From NCBI GenBank assembly GCA_945882995.1, contig CAMCXE010000001.1, forward strand, positions 2,084-66,083: 64,000 bases of DNA, read 5' to 3'. The position numbers were made by a program, and so were the translations under genes. Below, piece after piece: positions 45,443 through 54,279 of this stretch. Under the pieces are notes generated by a model. It did no database searches, was not told the origin of the DNA, and worked only from the letters and a program-made list of their open reading frames with translations. This stretch comes from Thalassocella blandensis (GTDB lineage Bacteria > Pseudomonadota > Gammaproteobacteria > Pseudomonadales > Cellvibrionaceae). Numbering within the stretch: position 1 is the stretch's first letter; each line of letters begins with the position of its first letter.

Positions 45443-45634
45443 ATGGGCGCACTAGAAACTATTACAGGTCAGCATTCAGTGCTCGCTTTGATCGCGGTGT
45501 TTCACTGGACGCTTGGCGCGGCCGCGCTGCTGATTTGTCCCCAGTGGGAGTGGCGAATGACAGGGGTGTCGTGTGTATTCGCGGGCACCATGGCGGCTGT
45601 ACTGCCGGTACTGGCCGCCATGGGTTATGCCTAG
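45443..45634 (+). CDS. Small membrane protein (tentative)
   Basis: 63 aa with two hydrophobic helices, starting 6 nt after the kinase stop. Confidence 0.35.
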   Translation: MGALETITGQHSVLALIAVFHWTLGAAALLICPQWEWRMTGVSCVFAGTMAAVLPVLAAMGYA

Positions 45635-45821
45635 CCGTGGTGGGCGGCGTTTGACGCTTGGCAAATTGGGTGCAGTCTCTCCTGCGGTCAAACCACTGGG
45701 CAGGTTTCGCTGGCGCCAGACACAGTAGTCGGCCTCCTTGGTGCTATTCCTATCCTAGGATATTCCGCTCGCACCTTCAGGCGGCTACGGCTGCAAACGC
45801 TGTGCGTTATTAGCTATTAGT

Positions 45822-45905
45822 TTGACAGTCACGAAAATTTTTGCCAACAATAGTGTGACAGTCACTAAAAATAAAAATTGCCGTTTTCGTGACGGTCACT
45901 ATAAT
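45822..45905 (+). promoter_or_regulatory. Promoter with three palindromic operator-like boxes GTGAC-N-GTCAC
   Basis: Boxes at 45822-45832 (TTGACAGTCAC), 45855-45865 (GTGACAGTCAC) and 45889-45899 (GTGACGGTCAC), spaced 33-34 bp apart. TATAAT at 45900-45905 abuts box 3. TTGCCG lies 16 nt upstream. Confidence 0.6.
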
Positions 45906-45941
45906 TAAGTTACCCGCCACTTCTCGCTATGGGTATATTTT

Positions 45942-46238
45942 ATGATTGACGCTAATGACAACTTCACGATGGACGCTTTCACTGAGGCGCCCCGCCGCAA
46001 AGGCCGCCCGCCCACTGGCAAAGCCATGACGCCATCCGCGCGTAAGGCGGCTCAGCGCAGGCGTGATTTTATGGCGCTGTGTACCGACTTGGGCGCTATT
46101 GATTTTCACGGGGCCTCTATAACCTCGTTGCTGGAATATTTGCCGAAAGCGATTGCTGCGGGCCGCGTCTTGGCGGTTGAGGCAATTGCCGCCGAGCTGA
46201 TTTTGCGGGCAACACACAATAGCGATAATCACGCGTAA
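45942..46238 (+). CDS. Small basic protein, possible DNA-binding regulator
   Basis: 98 aa. Basic N-terminus APRRKGRPPTGKAMTPSARKAAQRRR. Sits behind the three-box promoter. Confidence 0.45.
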   Translation: MIDANDNFTMDAFTEAPRRKGRPPTGKAMTPSARKAAQRRRDFMALCTDLGAIDFHGASITSLLEYLPKAIAAGRVLAVEAIAAELILRATHNSDNHA

Positions 46239-46267
46239 ATCAGCACCAACAATCGAGCGGGGTCTCT

Positions 46268-46528
46268 GTGATGGGAATTTTTGAGGTGGTTGGTTCGGGT
46301 ACCGGCATTGCCGGGGCCATACTCTTGGCGCTAAAAATCCGCTATTCGCCATGGGCCTGGCCACTTTGGGTGCTGTCTTGTTTTGCATGGATTTTGTTTG
46401 GCTTGTCCACTCAAGCCTATCCCTTGGTTGTGCAAAATGCTGTGTTTATCGGTATCAATATCATTGGCACATGGACTTGGCTGGTTAAGCCGTGGCTTCT
46501 GCGCCCCGCGCAGGAAAACAAAATATAA
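46268..46528 (+). CDS. Small 3-TM membrane protein (PnuC/SemiSWEET-like, tentative)
   Basis: 86 aa, Trp-rich TM helices (YSPWAWPLWVLSCFAWILFGL, FIGINIIGTWTW) reminiscent of PnuC-type repeats. Confidence 0.4.
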   Translation: MMGIFEVVGSGTGIAGAILLALKIRYSPWAWPLWVLSCFAWILFGLSTQAYPLVVQNAVFIGINIIGTWTWLVKPWLLRPAQENKI

Positions 46529-46557
46529 CCTCTGAATTATGTAGCAGCCGCACAAAG

Positions 46558-49500
46558 CTATTCGATGGGTAAATGACTCGGTACGGACACCTCCACACAA
46601 TTGCGCCCCGATTGTTTGGCCGTGTAAAGCGCCACATCCGCCAGCTTTAACATTTTATCAAAGGTGTCATCCGGCTTAATGCAGGCAGACACACCCATGC
46701 TAATGGTGACGCTCAACGGGTTGTCACCCTGCTCAAAGGTGTGTGCCGCTACAGCCACGCGGATTTTCTCGGCAAGGCGCACCGCGCTGTCCAGTGTGGT
46801 ACTGGGGCACATCAACACAAACTCCTCGCCGCCCCAGCGGGCCAAGTGGTCGCCCGACCGAATATTCTGCAAAACCACGTCTACCAAACCCTTAATCACC
46901 CTGTCTCCAGCATCATGGCCACGGTTGTCGTTAATGCGCTTGAAGTGGTCAATATCAAAAATCATTAAGCACACGCCCTTTTTCATTTCGTCGTTGATAA
47001 ACAGACCGGCAATGATTTGATTAAGACCGTGGCGGTTATAAATCCCGGTCATGGCGTCGGTAGCGGATAGGGTTTTGTATTTGTCGGTTTGGTTATGCAG
47101 GTGAACCCAGTAACGGCGCCCAATCTCAGCGGCCAGCAACAACAATCCGTAAAGCCCGTAAGCCCAGCTCGTGCGCCAAAAAGGCGGGGTAATTTCAATG
47201 GCAAGACTGGTTTCGCTGGTCATGCCGGGAGTTGCATGGTTGGCGGCGCGCACCCGGAAGCGGTACTGACCTGGAGCCAGGTTGGTATAGGTGGCGGAGC
47301 CTGCGGGTGTGCCCATGCGCCACTGGGTGTCGAAACCTTCCAGCCTGTAGCTGTAGTCATAGCTTGCTGAAGAGACAAAATTTAGGCCCACATAATCAAT
47401 GGAAAACATTGGGTCGCTCCAAGCTAGTTGAAGTTTTTCGGTATGACCTAAGTCTTGGCTCAAAAGTGATCCGGCACTGCCGGGGATTTGTGGTGTGCTG
47501 CCAAGGCGCAGCTCAGTAAGCACTACGCGGTGTAGGTTGGCGGGACTGTCCATCCCGGCACCCTTGGCGGTGACTTTGACCGGATCAAACTCGGTGACCC
47601 CTTCAGTACTGCCGATCCACAAGTGCTGCTGGCGATCTAGCAGCGCCGCGTTGCGCGTCACGCTAGACCCGGCTAGGCCGTGGCGTTTGCGGTAGGTTTG
47701 AACATGGCGACTAACGGGGTCAATATGGGCCAAGCCGTTGATGGTGCCTAGCCACACGCCGCCCTGAGCGTCTTCGATGATGGTGCTGATGGAATTAGAT
47801 GGCAGCCCATTATGGGTGGTGAGCCTACTGAACTGCTCTTTAGTGGGGTCTAGGATGCTCACCCCATCACTCTTGGTGCCCACCCAAATATTGCCCTTGG
47901 AATCCTCCATAAGCGCCAGTATGTGATCCGCTGCAAGGCTGTTAGGGTCGCTGGCACTATGGGTGTAATGGGTGAACCTGCGCGTGGCGATATTGAATTT
48001 ATCCAACCCCTTGAGCGTGCCCAGCCACAAGTTACCTCGGCTGTCCGGCAGCAAGGCTTTAACAAAATCATACGCCAGGGAATTGGGATTGGAGGGGTTG
48101 TGGCTGAAGTTTTCAAAACTGTCGGTGTCGGGACGGTACAGACCAAAGCCCCCTCGCTCCAAATAACACACCCAAAGGTTGCCGGTTTTATCGCGGGCAA
48201 TTTGTGAAATGTAGGGGCTGGCCACCGCGCCGGGGTTATTGGCGTCTGGGTAGTAATTCTTGAAAGTCGCCGTCTGGCGATTAAACCGATGCAGGCCACC
48301 CGACCAAGTGCCCACCCAAAGATTACCACTGGTGTCTTCGCCCAAACTGGTCACCGCATTAAAGCGTAGGCTGTTCGGGTTTTTGGGGTTGGCGGTGTAG
48401 CGAGTGCTAGCGCCAGTCACAGGGCTGATGGAGACTAATCCCGTTTCGCTGCCCACCCAAATAAGGCCTTGGGAATCCTGAAACACACTGGTGATTTGAT
48501 CGAGTGGCTGAGTATTGTCTATGGCGCCTGCGATCTTGTGCGGAATAAAGGTGGCCTTGTGTTCATCGTACAGGTTGACGCCATCCGGGAAGGTGCCAAC
48601 CCATACGTTGCCATCACGGTCTTCAAAAATATCCCGCACTTGATTTGACCGCAAAGAGCCGGGATCAAGGGCATCATGTCGCACGCGGGTAAATTCATCG
48701 GTGCTAGCATCGTAAACCGCAAGCCCGCCATGGTCGGTGGCCACCCACAGGGTTTGGTGGTATTCCCGAATATCCCGTATGGCATCGCTCCCCAGTGACC
48801 GCTCATTATCGGGGTTAGACCGGTAAATTCTGAAGGTTCGCCGGTCGGCGTTCATGCGGCTCAGCCCGCCCGAATAGGAGCCCACCCAGATTTGCCCAAG
48901 GTGGTCTTCATAGATACGCTCAATATCACCCTCTTGGAGCGATGCGGGATCATTGGCGTCGTGGCGCCACCGCTCAAATTTACCGGTCAGCGGGTCAAAT
49001 ACATTCAAGCCTTTGCTTGTAGTTCCAATCCAGACTTTTTGGTGAGAGTCGATAAACAGCGAGCGCGCATTATCGCCGCTCAAGCTGTTCGGGTTGGCGG
49101 CATCGGCCATGTGCTTGCGAAAGCCGGTGCGGTCGGCACTCAGCACATTGAGGCCTGCGGAGGTGCCGATATACAGTTGGTTCTGGGCGTCTACCGCTAG
49201 GGCCATGATCAGGCTACTGCTTAAATCCTTAGCGCCGGAACCTTCCTGGTACCGGGTAAAATCGTCGGTTTGCGCGTTGTAGCGGTTTAAGCCATTAAAA
49301 GTGCCCAGCCAAAGCACACCGGATTTATCCACGGCAAGTGCGGCTATGTAGTTGGACGATAGGGAGCGAGGGTTGAATGGGTCGTAAAAATAGAATTTGA
49401 AGTGCTGCGAATCGTAGCGCGCCAAGCCGTATTCACCGGCAAACCACATAAACCCGTGGCGGTCTTGAATGATGTCTTTAATGGCGCCGATGGATTGTTG

Positions 49501-49617
49501 TTCAGCGCCATCCGCTGTTAACAGGCGCTGAAAACGTAAATTCAGCTGCGCGTTCGGTGCGGCCGCTACAACAGCTCCGCTCCACAATACAATTAGTACC
49601 ACCACCCAACGAAACAC
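46558..49617 (-). CDS. Sensor diguanylate cyclase: propeller repeats plus Y_Y_Y domain, TM, GGDEF domain
   Basis: Same repeat architecture as the kinase. YSYRLEGFDTQW...YRFRV, a TM segment, then a GGDEF domain with RWGGEEF and DIDHFKRINDNRGHDAGD. Confidence 0.85.
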   Translation of the reverse strand: MFRWVVVLIVLWSGAVVAAAPNAQLNLRFQRLLTADGAEQQSIGAIKDIIQDRHGFMWFAGEYGLARYDSQHFKFYFYDPFNPRSLSSNYIAALAVDKSGVLWLGTFNGLNRYNAQTDDFTRYQEGSGAKDLSSSLIMALAVDAQNQLYIGTSAGLNVLSADRTGFRKHMADAANPNSLSGDNARSLFIDSHQKVWIGTTSKGLNVFDPLTGKFERWRHDANDPASLQEGDIERIYEDHLGQIWVGSYSGGLSRMNADRRTFRIYRSNPDNERSLGSDAIRDIREYHQTLWVATDHGGLAVYDASTDEFTRVRHDALDPGSLRSNQVRDIFEDRDGNVWVGTFPDGVNLYDEHKATFIPHKIAGAIDNTQPLDQITSVFQDSQGLIWVGSETGLVSISPVTGASTRYTANPKNPNSLRFNAVTSLGEDTSGNLWVGTWSGGLHRFNRQTATFKNYYPDANNPGAVASPYISQIARDKTGNLWVCYLERGGFGLYRPDTDSFENFSHNPSNPNSLAYDFVKALLPDSRGNLWLGTLKGLDKFNIATRRFTHYTHSASDPNSLAADHILALMEDSKGNIWVGTKSDGVSILDPTKEQFSRLTTHNGLPSNSISTIIEDAQGGVWLGTINGLAHIDPVSRHVQTYRKRHGLAGSSVTRNAALLDRQQHLWIGSTEGVTEFDPVKVTAKGAGMDSPANLHRVVLTELRLGSTPQIPGSAGSLLSQDLGHTEKLQLAWSDPMFSIDYVGLNFVSSASYDYSYRLEGFDTQWRMGTPAGSATYTNLAPGQYRFRVRAANHATPGMTSETSLAIEITPPFWRTSWAYGLYGLLLLAAEIGRRYWVHLHNQTDKYKTLSATDAMTGIYNRHGLNQIIAGLFINDEMKKGVCLMIFDIDHFKRINDNRGHDAGDRVIKGLVDVVLQNIRSGDHLARWGGEEFVLMCPSTTLDSAVRLAEKIRVAVAAHTFEQGDNPLSVTISMGVSACIKPDDTFDKMLKLADVALYTAKQSGRNCVEVSVPSHLPIE

Positions 49618-49756
49618 GCATTACCCCGCTTAAACCAATAGTTGGCATTTCTTTTAGTTAAGCAGGTGGCATGGCGAGTGCTGGCTAACCGATCCAATCA
49701 AATTGTATTGGGTTTGCGCGAATATAGATTGCGGTGATCTAAGCGCCAGAATCGAA

Positions 49757-49945
49757 TTGCGCAACAGTCCATTCAGTGCAATGATTAAAGCGCAAAACGT
49801 CTCAACGAACGTACCGTTGACCCTTAAGAGCTGCGCACTGAATCTGTAATCGCAGTATGGCTTTACGGCCTGATTCTATTTTTTAAAACCCGCGCGGGAG
49901 AAATCCCGACCGGGGTGCTCTCGCATTTTTTTTGGAGAGTACCCT
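49757..49945 (+). promoter_or_regulatory. Type B promoter plus structured leader, copy 1 (upstream of radC)
   Basis: TTGCGC, 17 nt, TGcAATGAT. Hairpin TCAACG(7 nt)CGTTGA followed by CCCTT. CGGGA-GAAA-UCCCG hairpin. SD-sequestering stem 49914-49922 / 49935-49943. Confidence 0.7.
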
Positions 49946-50401
49946 ATGCAATACGCACTGAAATCTGACGATGAAGTGATTCAAACCGCCCTCAGTATTA
50001 TGGAGGCGCGGGCACACAAAGGTGGCGCCGGATTATCCAGCCCTAAATTGGCCAGCAATTTATTTATGTTGCGCTTAGGTAATTTAGAGCATGAGGTTTT
50101 TTGTGTGGCGTTCCTGGATAACCAAAACCGCTTAATCGCGGCAGAGGATATGTTCAGGGGCACCATTGACGGCGCCAGTGTCTACCCTCGGGAAGTGGTT
50201 AAACGCGCCCTGCAGCTTAATGCGGCGGCGGTGATGTTTGCCCACAATCACCCCAGCGGACTGACAACGCCTAGTACTGCGGATAAGCAAATAACCAAGC
50301 GATTAAATGAGGCGCTCGCGCTGATTGATATTCGGGTGCTGGATCACTTTGTGGTGTCAGCAGTGGAATACACCTCCTTTGCTGAGCAGGGGTGGTTATG
50401 A
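49946..50401 (+). CDS. radC: RadC-like JAB/MPN domain protein
   Basis: [27 protein letters not shown]-like motif and overall RadC length (151 aa). Confidence 0.85.
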   Translation: MQYALKSDDEVIQTALSIMEARAHKGGAGLSSPKLASNLFMLRLGNLEHEVFCVAFLDNQNRLIAAEDMFRGTIDGASVYPREVVKRALQLNAAAVMFAHNHPSGLTTPSTADKQITKRLNEALALIDIRVLDHFVVSAVEYTSFAEQGWL

Positions 50402-50592
50402 GCTTGATTAACGCCGTGCCGCAACAACAAATACTCTGGCGCTACAGCCTTGTTACGGGGAATTGGCACCCGGTTAGAATCTGCGATCCTAAAAATGCCG
50501 CCGCATGGCTGCAAATATTTCAGGATGATGAGCCAGGTGTTGATTTCAGACTCGAAAAAACGCGGCCCGGGAGAAAACCCCTAGGTCGGTGA
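50398..50592 (+). CDS. Small hypothetical protein translationally coupled to radC
   Basis: Its ATG overlaps the radC stop (ATGA). 64 aa. Confidence 0.4.
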   Translation: MSLINAVPQQQILWRYSLVTGNWHPVRICDPKNAAAWLQIFQDDEPGVDFRLEKTRPGRKPLGR

Positions 50593-50631
50593 TTTGCGAT
50601 TTTAGAATTTTACCTATGGTGAAAGCACGAA

Positions 50632-50792
50632 AATAAAAAGCTCCCTCAAAATGCTGAAACGGGAGCGCCCAATCTTCGGATTGGGTGGCATTAAACCTAA
50701 CAGGCGAAAGCCTTCACTCAACCCACTGGGGCAATTTTCCCAGTGGGGAAAGTTGTGTCTCCAGTGGGTTAATTTAATTTGGAGATACAACC
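50632..50792 (+). promoter_or_regulatory. Type C structured leader / intercistronic element, copy 1
   Basis: Nearly identical to 51904-52064. Hairpins GCUCCC...GGGAGC, CCCAAUC-UUCG-GAUUGGG, AGGC-GAAA-GCCU and CCCACUGGGG / CCCAGUGGGG / CCAGUGGG (alternative pairings), plus the SD stem 50755-50762 / 50781-50788. Confidence 0.7.
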
Positions 50793-51905
50793 ATGAATGT
50801 TACTACCAACTTCAACAAAATTACTGGATGTCACGTCTACAACGCGAAGCTTTATTTTTCAGCCATAGTGGCTTTTGAGCATTCCGCTTTGTTTAGGGTT
50901 GATGGCTCTATCGGGACACCAGAAACGGTGTCTGCAATGGTGGATTTTCTCCATGCTCTCGACACTGCACTAGGAGTCACCAATTCTGGATTTGTCGCAG
51001 TGTATGTGGTTCGGGGTATAGAGGCTTCCACCGACGTTTTTTACAGCCTGGAAAAGCAGAGACCCCGGGAAATCGGTGCTGGATTTGTAAGCCAGCTAGA
51101 GGATAGTGATCTTACTTGCGGAGTGTTTGTTAGCCCTGCAAGCGAATCCATTGGGTCTACTGATTACGATGAGCTTGTAATCTTCAACCCTGCCGGTCCT
51201 GTAACCATCAAACTCACCGATCAGGCGAGTGTGGTGGCCAAACTTGCAGAGCTGAGTGATTACGTCATTTTATCGACCACAGGCATGGCAAAAGATTTTG
51301 ACCGTGATGATGTGTTTGACGTGGTTGGGTATTTTGCGGCGAAAACTGGGCAACCGGTTGCAGTCGAAAGGCCCGCTGTTGTTGCTGAGGCTCCCTCACC
51401 AAAGGATATTGTCATCGAGTCAATAATCCCTAATGGAGAGCGTGTTTTTGCAATGGCGGTTTTTCCCAACGGTTATGCTCATGAGTCAGAGTTTGCCAGT
51501 GAGAGCGAGGCTCGCGGTTATGTGGCAACACTGAACACCATGGGTCAAGCGTCCAGAACTTGTGCCAATGATGCAGTTTCGGCGATGGATACAGCCAAGG
51601 TTGCGGTAAATCAGGCTCAGCCTAGGTTTATCCCGTGCTCCAATTCCGAGGTCGTAATTGATTGCGGAGGGCAGTGGTCTTTGGAGGTGTTGAAGTCTGT
51701 TTGTGCCAATGGTGCAATTTCCGAGGAGGATGCAGCCAAGCTCGCGGCAAAGTGTGCGCAAGCGGCAAAGCTGTTAACCGAGGTGGCTCAGGCAGTGACT
51801 TATGAAAATCTCAGTGAAATTTTAGGGTGGACTTCATCCTGGGTGATCGAGATGATCGAAGGTTTAACGGCCAGTGAGTTTACGAAGTTTCAGGCAGTGA
51901 AATAA
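50793..51905 (+). CDS. Hypothetical protein
   Basis: 370 aa with a GGAG SD 8 nt upstream. No recognisable motif. Confidence 0.55.
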   Translation: MNVTTNFNKITGCHVYNAKLYFSAIVAFEHSALFRVDGSIGTPETVSAMVDFLHALDTALGVTNSGFVAVYVVRGIEASTDVFYSLEKQRPREIGAGFVSQLEDSDLTCGVFVSPASESIGSTDYDELVIFNPAGPVTIKLTDQASVVAKLAELSDYVILSTTGMAKDFDRDDVFDVVGYFAAKTGQPVAVERPAVVAEAPSPKDIVIESIIPNGERVFAMAVFPNGYAHESEFASESEARGYVATLNTMGQASRTCANDAVSAMDTAKVAVNQAQPRFIPCSNSEVVIDCGGQWSLEVLKSVCANGAISEEDAAKLAAKCAQAAKLLTEVAQAVTYENLSEILGWTSSWVIEMIEGLTASEFTKFQAVK

Positions 51906-52064
51906 TAAAAAGCTCCCTCTAAATGCTGAAACGGGAGCGCCCAATCTTCGGATTGGGCGGCATTAAACCTAACAGGCGAAAGCCTTGACTCAACCCACTG
52001 GGGCAATTTTCCCAGTGGGGAAAGTTGTGTCTCCAGTGGGTTATTTTATTTTGGAGATATGACT
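51904..52064 (+). promoter_or_regulatory. Type C structured leader / intercistronic element, copy 2
   Basis: Starts at the stop codon of the upstream gene. Only a few mismatches relative to copy 1. Confidence 0.7.
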
Positions 52065-52550
52065 ATGGGTGTAGGTGTTTATTGGCAAGAAAATGCGTTT
52101 ACCGTGTTTGTTGATGATGAGGAGTTGTATGCTGAATACAGCATCGAAAAACAGCAGCACGAAAACATTGAGCATGACGACGACTACCAATCGTTGCACG
52201 AGGATTTTGTGCAAGAAGTCTTGGAGCTGTTGCCGGAATCGTATGAGGTATTAACCGATACTTGGGAGGGTGGTTACAGCTTCGGAGATGTATCGCGTCA
52301 AATACTGGCTGAAAACGGCTTCTATCGCGTTTCACTGGTAGATTGGCATGGTATGCAGGCGATCAATGTAGAGTTGCGTCAAGCACACTACAGCGATTCT
52401 TGGGAGTTTAATCCTTTGGCTGTGCATCATCATGGCCGAGCGGCCACGAAGATTTTTGATGCGTTAGCTGAGCGGTTTGCGTTGCGCGGCAGGACAAGTG
52501 GCTGGACTACCGGCTGTTATGTGAAATCAACCGAAAAACTTGCCGCCTAG
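52065..52550 (+). CDS. Hypothetical acidic protein
   Basis: Start placed at the second ATG (52065) to keep the 8-nt SD spacing seen in copy 1. The track start is 52059. Confidence 0.5.
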   Translation: MGVGVYWQENAFTVFVDDEELYAEYSIEKQQHENIEHDDDYQSLHEDFVQEVLELLPESYEVLTDTWEGGYSFGDVSRQILAENGFYRVSLVDWHGMQAINVELRQAHYSDSWEFNPLAVHHHGRAATKIFDALAERFALRGRTSGWTTGCYVKSTEKLAA

Positions 52551-52652
52551 CGGTACCTGAAGTGTTTTAGCGCAAGCTAAAGCACTTTTTTTGTGCCTGC
52601 CGTTTGGTGGCGGACCCATTGGCCACCAGCAGAGGCCACGCTCAATCAGCCC

Positions 52653-52895
52653 TTGAAAATTTCGTATTTCGGTGCAATCATTAAGGCGTATAACGTCTCA
52701 GCGAACGCACCGCTGAACCTTTGTTACAACGTCTTGGCGAACGTACCGCCGAACCTTTATAGCTGCGCACCAGGTTTGCAATCGCAGCAAGACGCAAGTC
52801 TGACCTGACACTACACCACCCATCGGGGAGTCTAATCCTCCCCTCCGGGACGGTGATGCTCCCCAGTTTAATTCCTAAACTTCGGAGCAGGCACC
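52653..52895 (+). promoter_or_regulatory. Type B promoter plus structured leader, copy 3 (hairpin module duplicated)
   Basis: TTGAAA, 17 nt, TGcAATCAT. Two tandem hairpin modules, TCAGCG(7)CGCTGA-ACCTTT and TTGGCG(7)CGCCGA-ACCTTT. SD stem 52857-52862 / 52884-52889. Confidence 0.7.
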
Positions 52896-53102
52896 ATGCA
52901 AGCATCTTTCAAAGCAACTGAATTTCACACTGTTGAAGCCACATTCGGCGGTCTTGTCAGCACTAAGCTGACAGACTCTCGGGTACCTGGCGAGACGTTT
53001 GAAAAACAACTCTCGTTGGAGTCTTACAATAACCTTGTGAGATTCATTCAAGAGAACGATCATCGCTATGCCATTACTATGGCAAAGCGTATGTTTCACT
53101 AG
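52896..53102 (+). CDS. Small hypothetical protein, paralog 1
   Basis: 68 aa. C-terminal SLESYNNLVRFIQENDHRYAITMAKRMF parallels the neighbouring gene. Confidence 0.45.
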   Translation: MQASFKATEFHTVEATFGGLVSTKLTDSRVPGETFEKQLSLESYNNLVRFIQENDHRYAITMAKRMFH

Positions 53103-53129
53103 AGCGTTACCCCTAGTTGGCTTCAAGCG

Positions 53130-53184
53130 ATTAGGGAGCCTCCTAAAAACACTTATTTCAGGTGGTTTTAGGAGGTTCCCTAAT
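53130..53184 (+). other. Long near-perfect 19-bp stem hairpin between the two small paralogs
   Basis: ATTAGGGAGCCTCCTAAAA (53130-53148) pairs with TTTTAGGAGGTTCCCTAAT (53166-53184), 18 of 19 positions, with a 17-nt loop. Confidence 0.8.
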
Positions 53185-53206
53185 CATCAACACTTGGAGT
53201 TACATC

Positions 53207-53419
53207 ATGGCTACACAATCTTTTGCAGCAAACGGTCGTCACATTGTTAAAGTTGTTTTGAATGTTGGCACGGGTTTATGTGATGTTTTGGTGAGTGATT
53301 CAGTCACCAGCAAAACCTTCACAAAATCCATGGTGCTATCGCAGTACAATCGTTTGGTAGATTGGCTGAAAGAAAATGATCACAGTTTTGCAATGAACTC
53401 CATTCATTCTTACTTTTGA
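53207..53419 (+). CDS. Small hypothetical protein, paralog 2
   Basis: 70 aa from ATG 53207 (GGAG 7 nt upstream). VLSQYNRLVDWLKENDHSFAMNSIHSYF matches paralog 1. Confidence 0.45.
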   Translation: MATQSFAANGRHIVKVVLNVGTGLCDVLVSDSVTSKTFTKSMVLSQYNRLVDWLKENDHSFAMNSIHSYF

Positions 53420-53449
53420 TCACGAGGTTTATATGCCAAACGCCTGAAA

Positions 53450-53478
53450 GGCCCGCAAGTAAATTGCGGGCCTTTTTT
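53450..53478 (+). terminator. Rho-independent terminator between convergent genes
   Basis: GGCCCGCAA-GTAAA-TTGCGGGCC followed by TTTTTT. Confidence 0.8.
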
Positions 53479-53508
53479 GTTGCTCGAAGGTCCAGCAAGC
53501 AAATTGCA

Positions 53509-54264
53509 TCAAGCGCCGGATTGGCTGGCGGTGTTTTGATTGAGCTGCTCCCATGCCGCCACATCCGCCTCGGTGGCCGAGCCAGAGGCCAGTGCGCGTT
53601 CACGCAAATACTCCTTAATTTGCTCAAGATTCCAGTCCGCAGGCAATCCGTGAGTGCGCAGGTAATCATCCCTCACCTCTTGCCGCGTTAAAAACGCTTC
53701 GCGCTCCATAGCCGTGGAGTAAGAAAACCCGGAAGGGTCGCCAAAAAATATTTCATAGCGACTAATAACGCCTTGGCGTGTGCCGGGGTATTTCGCATGA
53801 AAGGCGTTTACTGCCGATTCAATATGGTCAATGTCATTGGTGTCGGTGACAAAGCCCCATTCAATATAATCATTCAATACCTGGCGGCGGTAGCGAGCGG
53901 AGTTGTAAAACAGTACGCGCAGGCGACGCTCTTTGGTGTCTAGGCGGGATTCATCGCCAAAAAACCACTCGCTAATGGTGAGCGGCTTTTTGGTGGTTTC
54001 ACTGTTTTGCGTGGCCAATTCGTCCAGTTTATCGAATAGGGCTTGGCCGGTTAATCCTATAAACGGGGTTTGATCAAAAGGCTTGGTTTCCAGCCGGGAT
54101 TTTTCGCTGGTTTGGTAGGCTTCAAATTCGGGAATGTCGTCACGCATGGCCATACCCTTGTAGATCATAAAAAAACTGGCCGCTGCGCCTTCATCAAAAC
54201 CGCGCTCCTGCATTAGGGTGCGACTCACAATGACGTGTTCGTTATGGGATAAGGGTCTGTACAC
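53509..54264 (-). CDS. Hypothetical protein, third gene of the vapBC operon
   Basis: 251 aa. GTG start with a GGAGG SD. Only 15 nt downstream of the vapC stop. No recognisable motif. Confidence 0.55.
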   Translation of the reverse strand: MYRPLSHNEHVIVSRTLMQERGFDEGAAASFFMIYKGMAMRDDIPEFEAYQTSEKSRLETKPFDQTPFIGLTGQALFDKLDELATQNSETTKKPLTISEWFFGDESRLDTKERRLRVLFYNSARYRRQVLNDYIEWGFVTDTNDIDHIESAVNAFHAKYPGTRQGVISRYEIFFGDPSGFSYSTAMEREAFLTRQEVRDDYLRTHGLPADWNLEQIKEYLRERALASGSATEADVAAWEQLNQNTASQSGA

Positions 54265-54279
54265 ACTGGCCTCCGGGAT

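Noticed and set aside
46664-49282. Numerous 60-160 aa ORFs on both strands within the diguanylate cyclase gene
   Set aside because: All are nested in or antisense to the 1019-aa sensor gene, whose repeat-rich, balanced-GC sequence generates long spurious frames.
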